From: Myxococcota bacterium
GTDB lineage: Bacteria; Myxococcota_A; SURF-8
Assembly: GCA_965140415.1 (NCBI GenBank)
Contig: OZ223209.1
Span: 3,232,001 to 3,296,000, forward strand
Reading direction: 5' to 3'
DNA: 64,000 nt
The notes under the pieces are model-generated. The model saw only the letters and a list, made by a program, of their open reading frames with translations, searched no databases and was not told where the DNA came from. Position 1 is the first letter of the stretch, and every line of letters begins with the position of its first letter. A program made the translations under genes and the position numbers. Below are positions 1-10,187 of this stretch, in pieces.

Positions 1-435
1 GTTGTCGTTTGTGCTTTAACCGGTCTGGTGCTCGTCACAACCGGAGCCTGGGAAAGCGGATTGAAAGGTGCCGCATTGTCAAAAGCCGCCTTCGAAAGCG
101 TTCCAACCGTTGGTCCCATCTTCCTGACAATTGGTCTTATGACCTTTGTCTTTACCACCATTATCGGCTGGTCTTATTACGGCGAACGAGCCATGGAGTA
201 TCTACTCGGCAAGAAAGCCATTCTTCCCTACCGGATCGCCTGGGTAACGTTCGTCATGGTTGGCAGTCTTTCCTCCATTCCGGTAGTGTGGAATTTCGCG
301 GATGCCGCCAATGCCATGATGGCCATTCCCAACCTTCTGGCGCTGCTGCTTCTTAATGGCGTCATCGTAAACGAAACGCGCAAGTATCTTTGGTCCGGCA
401 AGATCGATGAAATGGACGACGATATCCAGCCATAG
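1..435 (+). CDS. Alanine/glycine:cation symporter (AGCS family), C-terminal part; 5' truncated by the window edge
   Basis: Frame is open from base 1 (VVVCALTGLVLV). Motifs FTTIIGWSYYGE and VWNFADAANAMMAIPNL are typical of AGCS/AlsT transporters. Confidence 0.9.
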   Translation, partial: VVVCALTGLVLVTTGAWESGLKGAALSKAAFESVPTVGPIFLTIGLMTFVFTTIIGWSYYGERAMEYLLGKKAILPYRIAWVTFVMVGSLSSIPVVWNFADAANAMMAIPNLLALLLLNGVIVNETRKYLWSGKIDEMDDDIQP

Positions 436-661
436 TAGCCGGAATAACCTGAAAAGTTCCCTTTCCTTAGTGTAGCATCTGCCACGCTCTAAGACTTCAA
501 ATGCACAATCACGTCTTGACGCGCCGCGTTCTTGCCAGTATTCCTTCGCGTCATTGTGTAATTCTAGTTTTCTTTCCCTGTTGAAAACCAGCATAATATA
601 CAGTAATTACTAGTTTTTTATATCGCTATTCTTGAAATATCAAAAAATGCAAAGATTGAGA

Positions 662-690
662 TTGACTCGTCCGTCCGTTTCGGTTAGGAT
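662..690 (+). promoter_or_regulatory. Putative sigma70 promoter of the TetR gene
   Basis: TTGACT-N17-TAGGAT about 70 bp upstream of the ATG at 762. Confidence 0.5.
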
Positions 691-761
691 AATTTCAGTC
701 GTAAGGATTTGAAACAGAAACCAGGAAAGCAACCCAACACAAAAGGAAGTCAGCACACATA

Positions 762-1403
762 ATGCCATCGGAATTGAGACAACAAGTAGATCAGCAGAAA
801 AAAGAGCAAACCCGTCAGAACCTGTTGGATGCGGCCAAATCCGTGTTTACGTTAAACGGCTACCACGCCTGCCTGATTTCGGATATCGTTCAAAAAGCCG
901 GTGTAGGCCAAGGTACCTTCTATCGATACTTCAAGAACAAACGCGAAATCTTCGAAGCGCTGGTCGAGGAATTCATCTCCCAGCTGTTCGACGAATTCTC
1001 GGATATGTCCACCAGCCTTCCGACCAATGTCGGCGACTATCGTGACGCATCCGTCAATGCACTCATGCGTCTTGCTAAAAATGTCGAACAGAACCGAGAA
1101 TTGGTTGTGCTGTTCATGCGTGAAGCACCGGCAATCGACCGGGACTTCGAGAACAACCTGTCCGAATTCTTTAACCAGTTTGCGCAATTGGCCAAATTTT
1201 ACCTGGACCATGCCATTGAACGCGGCTTCGCTCGCCCCTGCAATTCTTTAATCGTCTCTCAGTCGATTGTTGGAATGGGCCTGCGCATGCTGCAACTGTG
1301 GAGCAACGGTCAACTGGCAGGGATTTCTATCGATACCATTATTGAAGAAGTCGTTGATTTCGCCTTCAACGGGATGGGATCAAGACCCGAAATGCAACAC
1401 TGA
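762..1403 (+). CDS. TetR/AcrR family transcriptional regulator
   Basis: N-terminal HTH: LLDAAKSVF...ISDIVQKAGVGQGTFYRYFKNKREIF. Confidence 0.93.
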   Translation: MPSELRQQVDQQKKEQTRQNLLDAAKSVFTLNGYHACLISDIVQKAGVGQGTFYRYFKNKREIFEALVEEFISQLFDEFSDMSTSLPTNVGDYRDASVNALMRLAKNVEQNRELVVLFMREAPAIDRDFENNLSEFFNQFAQLAKFYLDHAIERGFARPCNSLIVSQSIVGMGLRMLQLWSNGQLAGISIDTIIEEVVDFAFNGMGSRPEMQH

Positions 1404-1449
1404 AACGTCGAGGATTGTGGTTTCAAAGACATAAAACAGGAGAAAATTG

Positions 1450-2280
1450 ATGAAAAACGTAGCAGGAAAACGAGTGTTGATCACCGGAGCCGCCAGCGGC
1501 ATCGGCTACTGCCTGGCCGAAAACTTTGCCAAGGCCGGAGCGTATCTGATTCTTACGGATATCAACGGCGAAGCCCTGACCGAAGCCGTTCGTAAGTTGC
1601 AACCCTTGGCGGAAGGCATCGACAGTTATACCGTCGATGTTTCCAAGCGTGAACAGGTCGAGGAAATGGCTGCCGCCGTCATCGATAACGGCGGGCTGGA
1701 TATCCTGGTCAATAACGCGGGAATCGGCCATTCCGGGGAAATCGCGGAAACGTCGTTGGAGAAATGGCGGCTGCTGGTCGATGTCAACTTCTTCGGACCG
1801 CTGTATCACGTCTACGCATTTCTGCCCTACTTCATGCGCAAGCGAGGCGGTCAAATCGCCAACGTTTCTTCCGGACAAGCCTTCTTCCGGCTGCCCACCT
1901 GGGGCCCGTACGCCGTGATCAAGCTGGCGCTGGGAGCCGCTTCGGAAATCATGCATTACGAGTTGAAGAAATTCGATATCGATGTCACGACCGTCTATCC
2001 GTTCATGGTGAATACGCCTTTCTACAATGAAATCGAAGGCGATACGTTCGGGGCGAAGCTGTCCATGAAATTGCTGCCCTTCTATTCGATGTCCCCGGAA
2101 AAAGTCGGGCGCATCATTTTTAAAGCCATCAAAAAACGCAAAGCAGTAGAGATGGTCAGCGTATTCAACGATGTCGGTTATTACATGCGCCTGATGCCGC
2201 CGGTCGCAGGAGCCGTCAGCGCCGTTACAACGTGGTTTTTAGGGAAAGATTCTAAAGACTTGATGAACGATTTAGCCTGA
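1450..2280 (+). CDS. Short-chain dehydrogenase/reductase (SDR)
   Basis: TGAASGIG, LVNNAG and catalytic YAVIK (YxxxK); RBS AGGAG upstream. Confidence 0.93.
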   Translation: MKNVAGKRVLITGAASGIGYCLAENFAKAGAYLILTDINGEALTEAVRKLQPLAEGIDSYTVDVSKREQVEEMAAAVIDNGGLDILVNNAGIGHSGEIAETSLEKWRLLVDVNFFGPLYHVYAFLPYFMRKRGGQIANVSSGQAFFRLPTWGPYAVIKLALGAASEIMHYELKKFDIDVTTVYPFMVNTPFYNEIEGDTFGAKLSMKLLPFYSMSPEKVGRIIFKAIKKRKAVEMVSVFNDVGYYMRLMPPVAGAVSAVTTWFLGKDSKDLMNDLA

Positions 2281-2301
2281 GTTGAAATAAAGGAGGAAAC
2301 C

Positions 2302-2805
2302 ATGAAACGCTTGGATGCATTGAAAAGTATGATCGAGGAAAAACGCCTGGGTTTCAAAATGACCGAAACCATGACCGGCGAACATGAATTCGTGGGCGAT
2401 GCCGGAATGGAAGGTCGTCATTTCTTCGAATTCAATGTTGATTGGGGCCCGCGTGAACTGGGCAAGTGGATCAACCCGTTCAACGAGGAGTTTCTCGTTC
2501 AACCCTTGGAAGGAACAGTCACCGTCGGCGGACTTTGCACGGACGCCCCCTGCTCCGGCACGCTGGAGCTTCGCTATTTCAAAGATGCGAAGATCCGCTA
2601 CAGTTTCGAATTCGAGGCACAGGGTACGCGCTATCGCTATCTCGGGGAAAAAGTCAACATCAAGCCCTGGAATCTACCCGTTTCTCACACCACCTGCTTC
2701 GGTACTTTGGTGGAAGCGGACAGCGGCAAGCTGATTTCACGTTCGGTCACGCATTTCCGTCTGCGTACCGCACCGGCTTTCGTAGCCAGCATTCATCTGG
2801 CCTGA
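2302..2805 (+). CDS. Hypothetical protein (predicted all-beta), probably co-transcribed with the SDR
   Basis: Strong RBS AAGGAGG, 167-aa ORF with host-like codon usage. Loosely recalls accessory domains of cholesterol-oxidase-like proteins (unverified). Confidence 0.7.
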   Translation: MKRLDALKSMIEEKRLGFKMTETMTGEHEFVGDAGMEGRHFFEFNVDWGPRELGKWINPFNEEFLVQPLEGTVTVGGLCTDAPCSGTLELRYFKDAKIRYSFEFEAQGTRYRYLGEKVNIKPWNLPVSHTTCFGTLVEADSGKLISRSVTHFRLRTAPAFVASIHLA

Positions 2806-2823
2806 TTGAATCGACAAGGGGGG

Positions 2824-2887
2824 AGCCGCCGCACATCGATTGACGGATGCACGTCCGGATCGACTGTCGCGGCGGCTTTGTTTTTTT
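2824..2887 (+). terminator. Intrinsic terminator between convergent genes
   Basis: AGCCGCCGC...GCGGCGGCT stem with a large structured loop, followed by TTGTTTTTTT. Confidence 0.6.
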
Positions 2888-2923
2888 ACATTCCGTTTTT
2901 TTGCCGGTCGTCTTCCGCTCGAA

Positions 2924-4162
2924 TCAAACCTTACCGAAAATAAGCGACGTGTTGATTCCGCCGAACGCGAAATTGTTGTTCATGGCGATCTGCAATTCCG
3001 CCGGTTGCGGTTCGTGCATCACGTGCATCAGCGGCGCGCATTTCGGATCGGGATTCTCCAGTTTGATAGTCGGTGCAATAAAGTCTTCGCGCATCATCAA
3101 TACCGTTGCAACGGACTCGATGACACCTGCCGCACCCAGCGTATGTCCCATGTAACCCTTTAAACTGCTGACCGGGATTTTATCCCCCATAATGCGGTTG
3201 GTGGCAAAGGACTCGGCCCGGTCGCCGATCTTGGTCGCCGTGGCATGAGCATTGATATAGTTCACCTGCTCCGCATTCAGTTGCGCATCGGCTAACGCCC
3301 GAACCATGGAGCCTTGAATACCATCCGGGTTGCCGTTGGTCATGCTGAAGCCGTCGGAATTGGTTCCATATCCCAGAACCTCGGCGTAAATCCTGGCTCC
3401 GCGTTTTTTCGCGTGTTCGTATTCCTCCAGCACCAGGCAGCCTCCCCCCTCCCCAACTACCAGACCATCCCGGTCCTTGTCGAAGGGACGTGGCGAGGCT
3501 TCCGGGCGATCGTTGTAGCGAGTGCTGGTCGCCAGCATGAGATCGAAAATGGCGGCATCCATGTGATGCATCTCTTCGGCGCCGCCGCACAACATGACTT
3601 CCGCCCGGTTCAGCAGAATCTGCTCGTATCCGAATCCGACTCCCTGCGAACCGGAGACACAGGCCGTTGATGAGGCGACCACCGGCCCGTGGGTGTGAAA
3701 CATCACCGCCACGTTGGCCGCGCAGGTGTGGCTCATGAAACTTAGAAAGATGGTCGATGGTACACCTTGCAAGCTTAATTTATCCTCGGCCAGCACCATT
3801 CGGAAAAAACGTTCCTGGCTGTCCGCACTGCCAGAAGACGATCCGAACGACACACCGCAGCGGTCGCTTTCAATGGCAGCGGTTTCCAACCCGGAATCCG
3901 CAATCGCATTCTGAGTCGCCCGACAGGCCAGAATCGACACGCGCCCCATTTTACGCCGCAGTCCCTGCGGGATCTTCTCTTCTTCGATATTCTCACAGAC
4001 CCCGGCCAGGCGGGTGCGCATTTTCTCGACGATGTCCCATTCGGGCATCTTGCGGATGCCGGATCGCCCCTGCTTCAGTCCCTCGGTGAACTCATCCAGG
4101 CTGTTGCCGATTGGAGACAATAAGCCCATTCCCGTAACTACCACTCGCCGTCTATCTGCCAT
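2924..4162 (-). CDS. Beta-ketoacyl-ACP synthase (FabF/FabB-like, aryl-polyene KS-like)
   Basis: RRVVVTGMG; Cys-His-His triad motifs TACVSG, NAHATAT, GHTLGAAG; C-terminal NNFAFGGIN. Confidence 0.93.
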   Translation of the reverse strand: MADRRRVVVTGMGLLSPIGNSLDEFTEGLKQGRSGIRKMPEWDIVEKMRTRLAGVCENIEEEKIPQGLRRKMGRVSILACRATQNAIADSGLETAAIESDRCGVSFGSSSGSADSQERFFRMVLAEDKLSLQGVPSTIFLSFMSHTCAANVAVMFHTHGPVVASSTACVSGSQGVGFGYEQILLNRAEVMLCGGAEEMHHMDAAIFDLMLATSTRYNDRPEASPRPFDKDRDGLVVGEGGGCLVLEEYEHAKKRGARIYAEVLGYGTNSDGFSMTNGNPDGIQGSMVRALADAQLNAEQVNYINAHATATKIGDRAESFATNRIMGDKIPVSSLKGYMGHTLGAAGVIESVATVLMMREDFIAPTIKLENPDPKCAPLMHVMHEPQPAELQIAMNNNFAFGGINTSLIFGKV

Positions 4163-4217
4163 AATTCTTCGTGCCTCTCATACACAACGAAATCGATTCC
4201 AATTATCTTAAAAACAG

Positions 4218-4994
4218 CTATTCTGCTCCATCCTTCTGCGCCAATCCAAGAGCTTCGCGATAGCGTCGTTCCAGTTCCCGCGCTGCCTGTCTTTCCTCTC
4301 CTTCGGCAGGTGGGGGGATCGGCTCCCAGAATTCCAGCCGGATTCGGCTTGTACCCGGCGGAGGATAATACCAGGTATCCTCATGTGGAAGGAAAGGAGG
4401 TTCATGTCGAACGAAAACCGGCAGTATCGGAACGCCGGCCATCTGTGCGATCTTAAACGCTCCCGGTTTGAAACGCAACAATCCGCCTTTGGGTGAGCGT
4501 GTTCCTTCCGGGAAAAGCATGAAACTGCGGCCAGATCGCAGCGTCTTTACCGCATCTCGCATCGTTTCCAGCGGAGTGCTGCGGTAATCCGGCGACAGGA
4601 TGTAGCCGCATTGGCGAACAATCGGAGCCAGTGGCAGCCAATGCGTGAGACTGCGTTTGACCATCACGGAAACACCGGGAATTTCCTGCATCAGGTAAAG
4701 CACATCCAATAGTCCGGGATGATTGGCTACAATGACACAAGCTTCTTTTGGGGCTTGTCCTTTAGGATGCTCGTTGACGATCAGACGACTGATGCGCAAC
4801 ATGCCAAGCCAGACGAACAGAAAACCTTGAATCAGAAACCTGCAAGAGCTTTCCGCATGAGGAAAGACCAGAACCTGCATTCGCAATAAAAAAACGGAAA
4901 CCAGCCCAAGAGGCAACACCACCGCCCAAACGGAAAAGACAACCGCAATCAGTATTCCCCGTATTACACGGTGCAAACTCATATTCTCCGACAC
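4218..4994 (-). CDS. Lysophospholipid acyltransferase family (PlsC-like)
   Basis: VANHPGLLD (HX4D) and FPEGTRS motifs; N-terminal TM segment. Confidence 0.9.
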   Translation of the reverse strand: MSENMSLHRVIRGILIAVVFSVWAVVLPLGLVSVFLLRMQVLVFPHAESSCRFLIQGFLFVWLGMLRISRLIVNEHPKGQAPKEACVIVANHPGLLDVLYLMQEIPGVSVMVKRSLTHWLPLAPIVRQCGYILSPDYRSTPLETMRDAVKTLRSGRSFMLFPEGTRSPKGGLLRFKPGAFKIAQMAGVPILPVFVRHEPPFLPHEDTWYYPPPGTSRIRLEFWEPIPPPAEGEERQAARELERRYREALGLAQKDGAE

Positions 4995-5233
4995 TCCCGC
5001 TCGTTGATGGATTGCAATTTTCGTTTAGTAGAAATCCCCTAACCATCAACTTCCATGGTGGATTTCTCGATACAACGCAAACGAGGTTTGCTGCTGCACC
5101 GCATGACCCCAGAGAATAAAAGAAAACTGTTAAAAAAAGCAAGATCATAAAACCCGTTCAAAAACCTTGCGATTGCCGGTCAATTCAGGTAAATCCCTGT
5201 TGTTGATGTAAGGTAGCATAATGAAGGAGGCTC

Positions 5234-5488
5234 GTGTTGGATTCACAAAGCGCCCTTGAAATCATTCGGAAATACCTGGTTCAGGAGTTCGATCTGGCTG
5301 TGGAGCAAATCGTTCCGGAAGCGAACTTGTTCACGGATCTCGGCCTGGACAGTCTGGATGCCCTGGATATGCTCAGCATGCTGGATAAAGATATGAATAT
5401 TCCGATCGTCGAAGATGAAGTGCAGGAAATTCGCACAATCTCGCATGTCATCGACTATATCCAAAAACACGCTTCAACCACAAACTGA
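5234..5488 (+). CDS. Acyl carrier protein
   Basis: DLGLDSLD phosphopantetheine motif, acidic 84-aa protein, RBS AAGGAGG before GTG. Confidence 0.92.
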   Translation: MLDSQSALEIIRKYLVQEFDLAVEQIVPEANLFTDLGLDSLDALDMLSMLDKDMNIPIVEDEVQEIRTISHVIDYIQKHASTTN

Positions 5489-5491
5489 GCC

Positions 5492-6352
5492 ATGCTGCTC
5501 TCTCCCTGGCTGCTTCCAATCACACCGGAATCCGATGCTTCCTCATGCTACCTGGCCGACCGCATCCCGGATACATCTCCATGGTTTAACGGACACTTTC
5601 CAAATAATCCCGTTTTTCCAGGTTTGGCTATTCTCGCACAAGTGCATTCCGCCTTACAGAAGCACCTGATTGCCCAGTCTCGTCAATTGCAAACCGGTGG
5701 CCTTGCTCGCGTTCGTTTCAAGCGCGTCGTGCGTCCGGATGAACGCCTGCAAATCCGCTTCAATAAACTCACGGAAAACAAAGAAGCGTTTGAAGTGAAA
5801 GTCAACGATGAATGCTGCGGGTATGGGCAATGGCTGCTTCATCATCATACAGACCTTCCTGTAGCTCCAGTCAGTCTGTGGTCGGATGATCGTCCGTCAA
5901 AACTTGACGGCCTGGGAATCGAGACCGCCAGGCTATTGCCTCACGGTAAGGCGATCCGACTCGCCAGGCATCTTTCCGCCGCCGATTCAAAGGGCGGGAT
6001 CGTACAAGCCTGCGTGGAGAACTCCTGGCCCATGCATGAAAACGGCGTGGTCCCCTGCTTGACCTTGATCGAACTTGTCGCCCAGGCGGTGGGCATGTGG
6101 GCCATCTGGCGCAATCGAGCGGATGGTATTACAAAGCGACAAGGCTATCTTGTCGGGCTGCGTTTCGCTCATTTCTACGTTGAAAACCTCCCTGTCGGAG
6201 CGGACTTGGCGGTTTCGGTACGTCTGGTATCCGAAATTCGCAACTACCTTGTTTTCGAAGTGCTGATTCACCACGGTCATGAGGTCTGTTTCCATGCCGA
6301 AGTACAAGTGGCGGAAGCGGAAGAATCGGAAATAAACGAAAAAGCCGAATGA
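5492..6352 (+). CDS. Double-hotdog 3-hydroxyacyl-ACP dehydratase (ApeI-like plus ApeP-like fusion)
   Basis: N-half WFNGHFPNNPVFPG (FabA/FabZ type); C-half LLPH...IELVAQAVG...GYLVG (ApeP-like). Confidence 0.75.
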   Translation: MLLSPWLLPITPESDASSCYLADRIPDTSPWFNGHFPNNPVFPGLAILAQVHSALQKHLIAQSRQLQTGGLARVRFKRVVRPDERLQIRFNKLTENKEAFEVKVNDECCGYGQWLLHHHTDLPVAPVSLWSDDRPSKLDGLGIETARLLPHGKAIRLARHLSAADSKGGIVQACVENSWPMHENGVVPCLTLIELVAQAVGMWAIWRNRADGITKRQGYLVGLRFAHFYVENLPVGADLAVSVRLVSEIRNYLVFEVLIHHGHEVCFHAEVQVAEAEESEINEKAE

Positions 6353-6506
6353 TATCAGACTAATTACCCATGCTTTGAAATTCCTTCCCGGCAAGCGTCG
6401 CCTCCATTATTGGAATTAGGAATAAAGCTCCTTATTGCTCGTTCTATCTGTTGGAGTGAATGGAGCATCCCGGCTTGATGCCGGTTTAACAAAAGGGAGC
6501 TTGAAC

Positions 6507-6710
6507 ATGAAACGAAATGTTGGCAGCATCGATCGCGTCGTACGAATCACGCTTGGCGCAGGAATCATCGGAGTCGGAATCGCAACCCAAAGCTGGTGGG
6601 GACTACTCGGCATCATTCCCATTGCGGTCGCATTGGTCGGATTTTGCCCGCTCTATCCGGTTTGCGGAGTAAATACCTGCCAGAATAAAGCAGAAAAAAG
6701 CGAAACGTGA
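6507..6710 (+). CDS. DUF2892/YgaP-like small membrane protein
   Basis: MKRNVGSIDRVVRI...GFCPLY signature. Confidence 0.88.
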   Translation: MKRNVGSIDRVVRITLGAGIIGVGIATQSWWGLLGIIPIAVALVGFCPLYPVCGVNTCQNKAEKSET

Positions 6711-6806
6711 TATCCTGTTTCGCATTCGACTTGACGGATGCCTGATCTGCAACGGCTTTGATTGGGTTTAGCATTAAGCATAAAAGAAAAGTTTGGGAGG
6801 ATACTC

Positions 6807-7385
6807 ATGAGTCGCACACCATCCACCATGCTCGCTCTAGGAACTTCTGCGCCGGAATTTTGTTTGCCCGACGTAAACGGCAAGACAGTATCGTTGTCTG
6901 ATTTCGATGAATCACCGGCGCTGTTGGTGGTTTTTATGTGCAACCACTGCCCTTTTGTAAAACATCTAAAAACCGAACTGGCCCAGCTTATTCGTGAACT
7001 GCAACCGAAAGGTCTGGCAGCAGTCGGTATCAATTCAAACGATTACGCCAACTATCCCGACGACACCCCGGAACTGATGGCCGTTGATGCACAGAACTTC
7101 AATTACAGCTTTCCGTATCTGGTCGATGAAAACCAGGAAGTGGCCAAAGCCTATCGTGCGGCCTGCACCCCGGATTTCTTCCTTTTCGACCGCAACCGGA
7201 AACTTGTGTATCGGGGACAGATGGATGACAGCCGACCGGGGAACGAACTGCCTGTTACCGGCTCCGACCTTCGCACGGCGATCGAAAGCGTTTTGTCCGG
7301 TAAAGATATCAGCGAGCATCAGAAGCCAAGCATCGGCTGCAATATCAAGTGGAAAGCAGGCAACGAACCCGACTATTTTGGATGA
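6807..7385 (+). CDS. Thioredoxin-family (AhpC/TSA-like) protein
   Basis: FMCNHCPFV, AACTPDFFLFD, SIGCNIKW; RBS GGAGG. Confidence 0.92.
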   Translation: MSRTPSTMLALGTSAPEFCLPDVNGKTVSLSDFDESPALLVVFMCNHCPFVKHLKTELAQLIRELQPKGLAAVGINSNDYANYPDDTPELMAVDAQNFNYSFPYLVDENQEVAKAYRAACTPDFFLFDRNRKLVYRGQMDDSRPGNELPVTGSDLRTAIESVLSGKDISEHQKPSIGCNIKWKAGNEPDYFG

Positions 7386-7444
7386 GCTGTCGTGCGTATC
7401 TTTTGAAGATTCTTAAGGTTATCTGGTTGTCGTAAGATTCGGCG

Positions 7445-7882
7445 TTATTTCCATCCATTGGAAAGATTGTGCCCGCACTTGCCGCAGAATTTTGAAGTGG
7501 CAGGAATCATCGCGCCGCAGCCGGGACAGGCTCGCTCGTCATTCGAAGTCACCTGATCCAGTGGCATGAAAGCGGAGGACGCCATATGACCGGAATCGGA
7601 GCCCAGACGCTCAACTTGTTCCGCATCCGGCAATGAGGTGGCATAAGCGGGCATATCGGCCAGGGTGATCGCCGTACGGTCGATATCCATCGTGTTGTGC
7701 GAGACTCTCTGTCCGCGCTGCTTGCGCAACTGTTGTGCGCGAGGTGAATTATCTAAATCGAGGGTAGAAACCTTTTTCTTCTTCATCAGCATCGAAATCG
7801 CTGCAATTACAACGAGAATCAGCGTAACCACACCGGCAATTTGAAAGATATATTGCTGAAGAAAAGAAATGATCTGCGACAT
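7445..7882 (-). CDS. Membrane-anchored zinc-ribbon protein
   Basis: N-terminal TM plus KKKK; C-terminal CPGCG...KFCGKCG. Start is uncertain. Confidence 0.75.
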   Translation of the reverse strand: MSQIISFLQQYIFQIAGVVTLILVVIAAISMLMKKKKVSTLDLDNSPRAQQLRKQRGQRVSHNTMDIDRTAITLADMPAYATSLPDAEQVERLGSDSGHMASSAFMPLDQVTSNDERACPGCGAMIPATSKFCGKCGHNLSNGWK

Positions 7883-8185
7883 GATTTCTATCCGTTTTCT
7901 TTTGGGTTGACGTAAGACCGCACAAGACAAACTCGGCAAAATTACGTTTTCGCAAGTTGACAACCAACTCCACCTCTAGTCGTCCAACCCGATACTGCTT
8001 GGGATTGTTTTATTTTGTCATGTGATTTCCAAGGAATCAAGAATTTACCTTTACAAAATTACGGTCGCTTTTAAAGTTGAACCGATCCGATTTGTCCAAG
8101 CGGCAAAAAGCGTCCTTTTGTAAGCTCTTGCTTCTGTGGCCCGAACAGGTATACTGCCACATTCACAAATGGAAAAGGGTTGAAA

Positions 8186-9358
8186 ATGGCTGTCGATCAA
8201 GGAATCTGCTATGTGAACACCTCGTTTGGGGCCTGTGGAATCGGATGGCAACCCGACGGTATTGACCTGCTTCAACTGCCGGATCGAGATGCGTCTGCGA
8301 TGCTGGCTCGTTTGCAGCAACTGGCTCCAACTCGTCCTCTAACGGCAGATGCCCCTGCTTTCGTGCTTGATGCGGCGCGCATGATTCAACAGTACTTTTC
8401 CGGCGACATTCCCGATTTCAAAACCGTGCCTGTCGTCTATCCCAAAAATAGCAGTGCTCGTAAAACGTATGACGCGCTTAGGAACATACCAGCCGGAAAT
8501 ACCATTACTTACGGTGAGTTGGCAAAAAGGAGCGGCCACCCGAATGCGGCTCGGGCCGTAGGGCGTCGTATGGCGCAAAACCCGGTCCCGCTGATCGTTC
8601 CCTGCCATCGGGTGCTGCCGAAGTCGGGAGGTCTGGGCGGTTTCAGCGCCGGAGAAGGCGTTTCGTTAAAGGCGCGCATGTTGCATCTTGAAGGCTACCA
8701 TTTCAGTGAAAAGCACCACCGGGCGCTGATGCATTTGAGCGAGTGCGACCCGAAAATGAAAGACCTGAGCCATCGCTACGGTCCATACCTTCCGCTGCTG
8801 GTCGATCCGGGAGATCACTACAGCGCCTTGATCGAAATCATTTTGAGCCAGCAGGTAGCGACTCAGGCCGCGAAAACGATCTGCTCCCGCTTCCGAAAAC
8901 TGACGAATAACAACACATTTCCATCTGCGGAAAAAATCCTTACATTAAGCGAAGAGGATTTCAGGGCAACCGGCATCAGCAAGCAGAAAGCCTCGTACAT
9001 TCGGGATCTTGCAGAAAAGGTACTGCAACAGGAGTTGCCGCTGAAACAGTTGTGGCGCTATTCGGATGAGGAAGTCATTCAGGTGTTGACCAAGGTTCGC
9101 GGTTTGGGGCGCTGGTCGGCTCAGATGTTTTTACTGTTCCAGTTGAAGCGACTGGACCTGCTGCCGGTGGATGACCTGGGATTCCGTAACGGCCTGGCCG
9201 AGTTATATGGCGAGAAGCATATTGCAACCGCCGATGCGATGAAAGCCTTTGCAAAAATCTGGCAGCCTTACCGTTCTGTCGCCTGTTGGTATTTATGGCA
9301 GAGCCGATCCCCACAACGCCGCAACGACCTGCCGACCGAAGGGGCTCTTAACGTATGA
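8186..9358 (+). CDS. Fusion of O6-methylguanine-DNA methyltransferase (Ogt) and AlkA-type 3-methyladenine glycosylase
   Basis: TYGELA...ARAVG...NPVPLIVPCHRV, then IILSQQVA...GLGRWSAQMFLLFQLKRLDLLPVDDLG...WQPYRS (HhH-GPD). Confidence 0.88.
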   Translation: MAVDQGICYVNTSFGACGIGWQPDGIDLLQLPDRDASAMLARLQQLAPTRPLTADAPAFVLDAARMIQQYFSGDIPDFKTVPVVYPKNSSARKTYDALRNIPAGNTITYGELAKRSGHPNAARAVGRRMAQNPVPLIVPCHRVLPKSGGLGGFSAGEGVSLKARMLHLEGYHFSEKHHRALMHLSECDPKMKDLSHRYGPYLPLLVDPGDHYSALIEIILSQQVATQAAKTICSRFRKLTNNNTFPSAEKILTLSEEDFRATGISKQKASYIRDLAEKVLQQELPLKQLWRYSDEEVIQVLTKVRGLGRWSAQMFLLFQLKRLDLLPVDDLGFRNGLAELYGEKHIATADAMKAFAKIWQPYRSVACWYLWQSRSPQRRNDLPTEGALNV

Positions 9359-9380
9359 CTTCAATCATGGGAAGATCATA

Positions 9381-10070
9381 ATGCCGAATAATTCCGATGC
9401 ATTGATTCACTTTGTACGAGAGCGTCTGGACGCGATTCGCGATCCGCAGCGTGCAAAGGAAATGGCGGCGTACATGAAAACCGACATGCCCTTTTTCGGC
9501 GTTAAGGCAACGGAACGGAAAAAGATCGAACGACTGATTCCGAAGCATTTTCCGGTTGCAAATCGAAAACAATACGACCGGAACGTGCGCGAGCTCTGGA
9601 ATCAACCGGAACGCGAGTGCAAATACCTAGCAATTTCAACCGCCCGCGCGTTTTCTGCCTATATCGATTCTTCTTCACTTCCGTTGTATCGGACGATGAT
9701 CATTCAAGGAGCCTGGTGGGACCTGGTGGATGAAATCGCGGTGCATCTGGTTGGAGAAGTGCTGAGAAAACAACCGGAAAAGGTGTATCCGCTGATGGAT
9801 GCCTGGATCGAAGATGACGATCTGTGGGTTCGGCGTACGGCGATTTTATGTCAGATTCGTTTCAAGGAAAAAACGGATCGTGAGCGGCTTTTTGCGTATT
9901 GCCTCAATCACGCCCATGAAAAGGATTTCTTCATTCGCAAAGCGATTGGCTGGGCGCTACGAGAGTATTCAAAAACCGATCCAGAAAAAGTATTGGATTT
10001 TTGCGAGAAACACCGTGAAATCCTGGCCGGATTGAGTTATCGTGAGGCGACTCGAAGGATCGCGAGATAA
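9381..10070 (+). CDS. DNA alkylation repair protein (AlkD-like HEAT-repeat glycosylase)
   Basis: MAAYMK...FFGV, WWDLVD, WVRRTA, FFIRKAIGWALREYSK. Confidence 0.9.
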   Translation: MPNNSDALIHFVRERLDAIRDPQRAKEMAAYMKTDMPFFGVKATERKKIERLIPKHFPVANRKQYDRNVRELWNQPERECKYLAISTARAFSAYIDSSSLPLYRTMIIQGAWWDLVDEIAVHLVGEVLRKQPEKVYPLMDAWIEDDDLWVRRTAILCQIRFKEKTDRERLFAYCLNHAHEKDFFIRKAIGWALREYSKTDPEKVLDFCEKHREILAGLSYREATRRIAR

Positions 10071-10187
10071 AAATCGTAGGAAACAGAAATAATTTCGGGT
10101 GCGCTTGTCTAGCGCCCACATGCAAGACAGCATCCAGGTCGGGGAATCGGCTGAATAAAACACCCGTGGGCCAGGAAGGAAATCTAT

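Noticed and set aside
558-618. Short direct repeat GTAATT(A)CTAGTTTTT upstream of tetR
   Set aside because: Only two AT-rich copies; it may be an operator but cannot be distinguished from chance.
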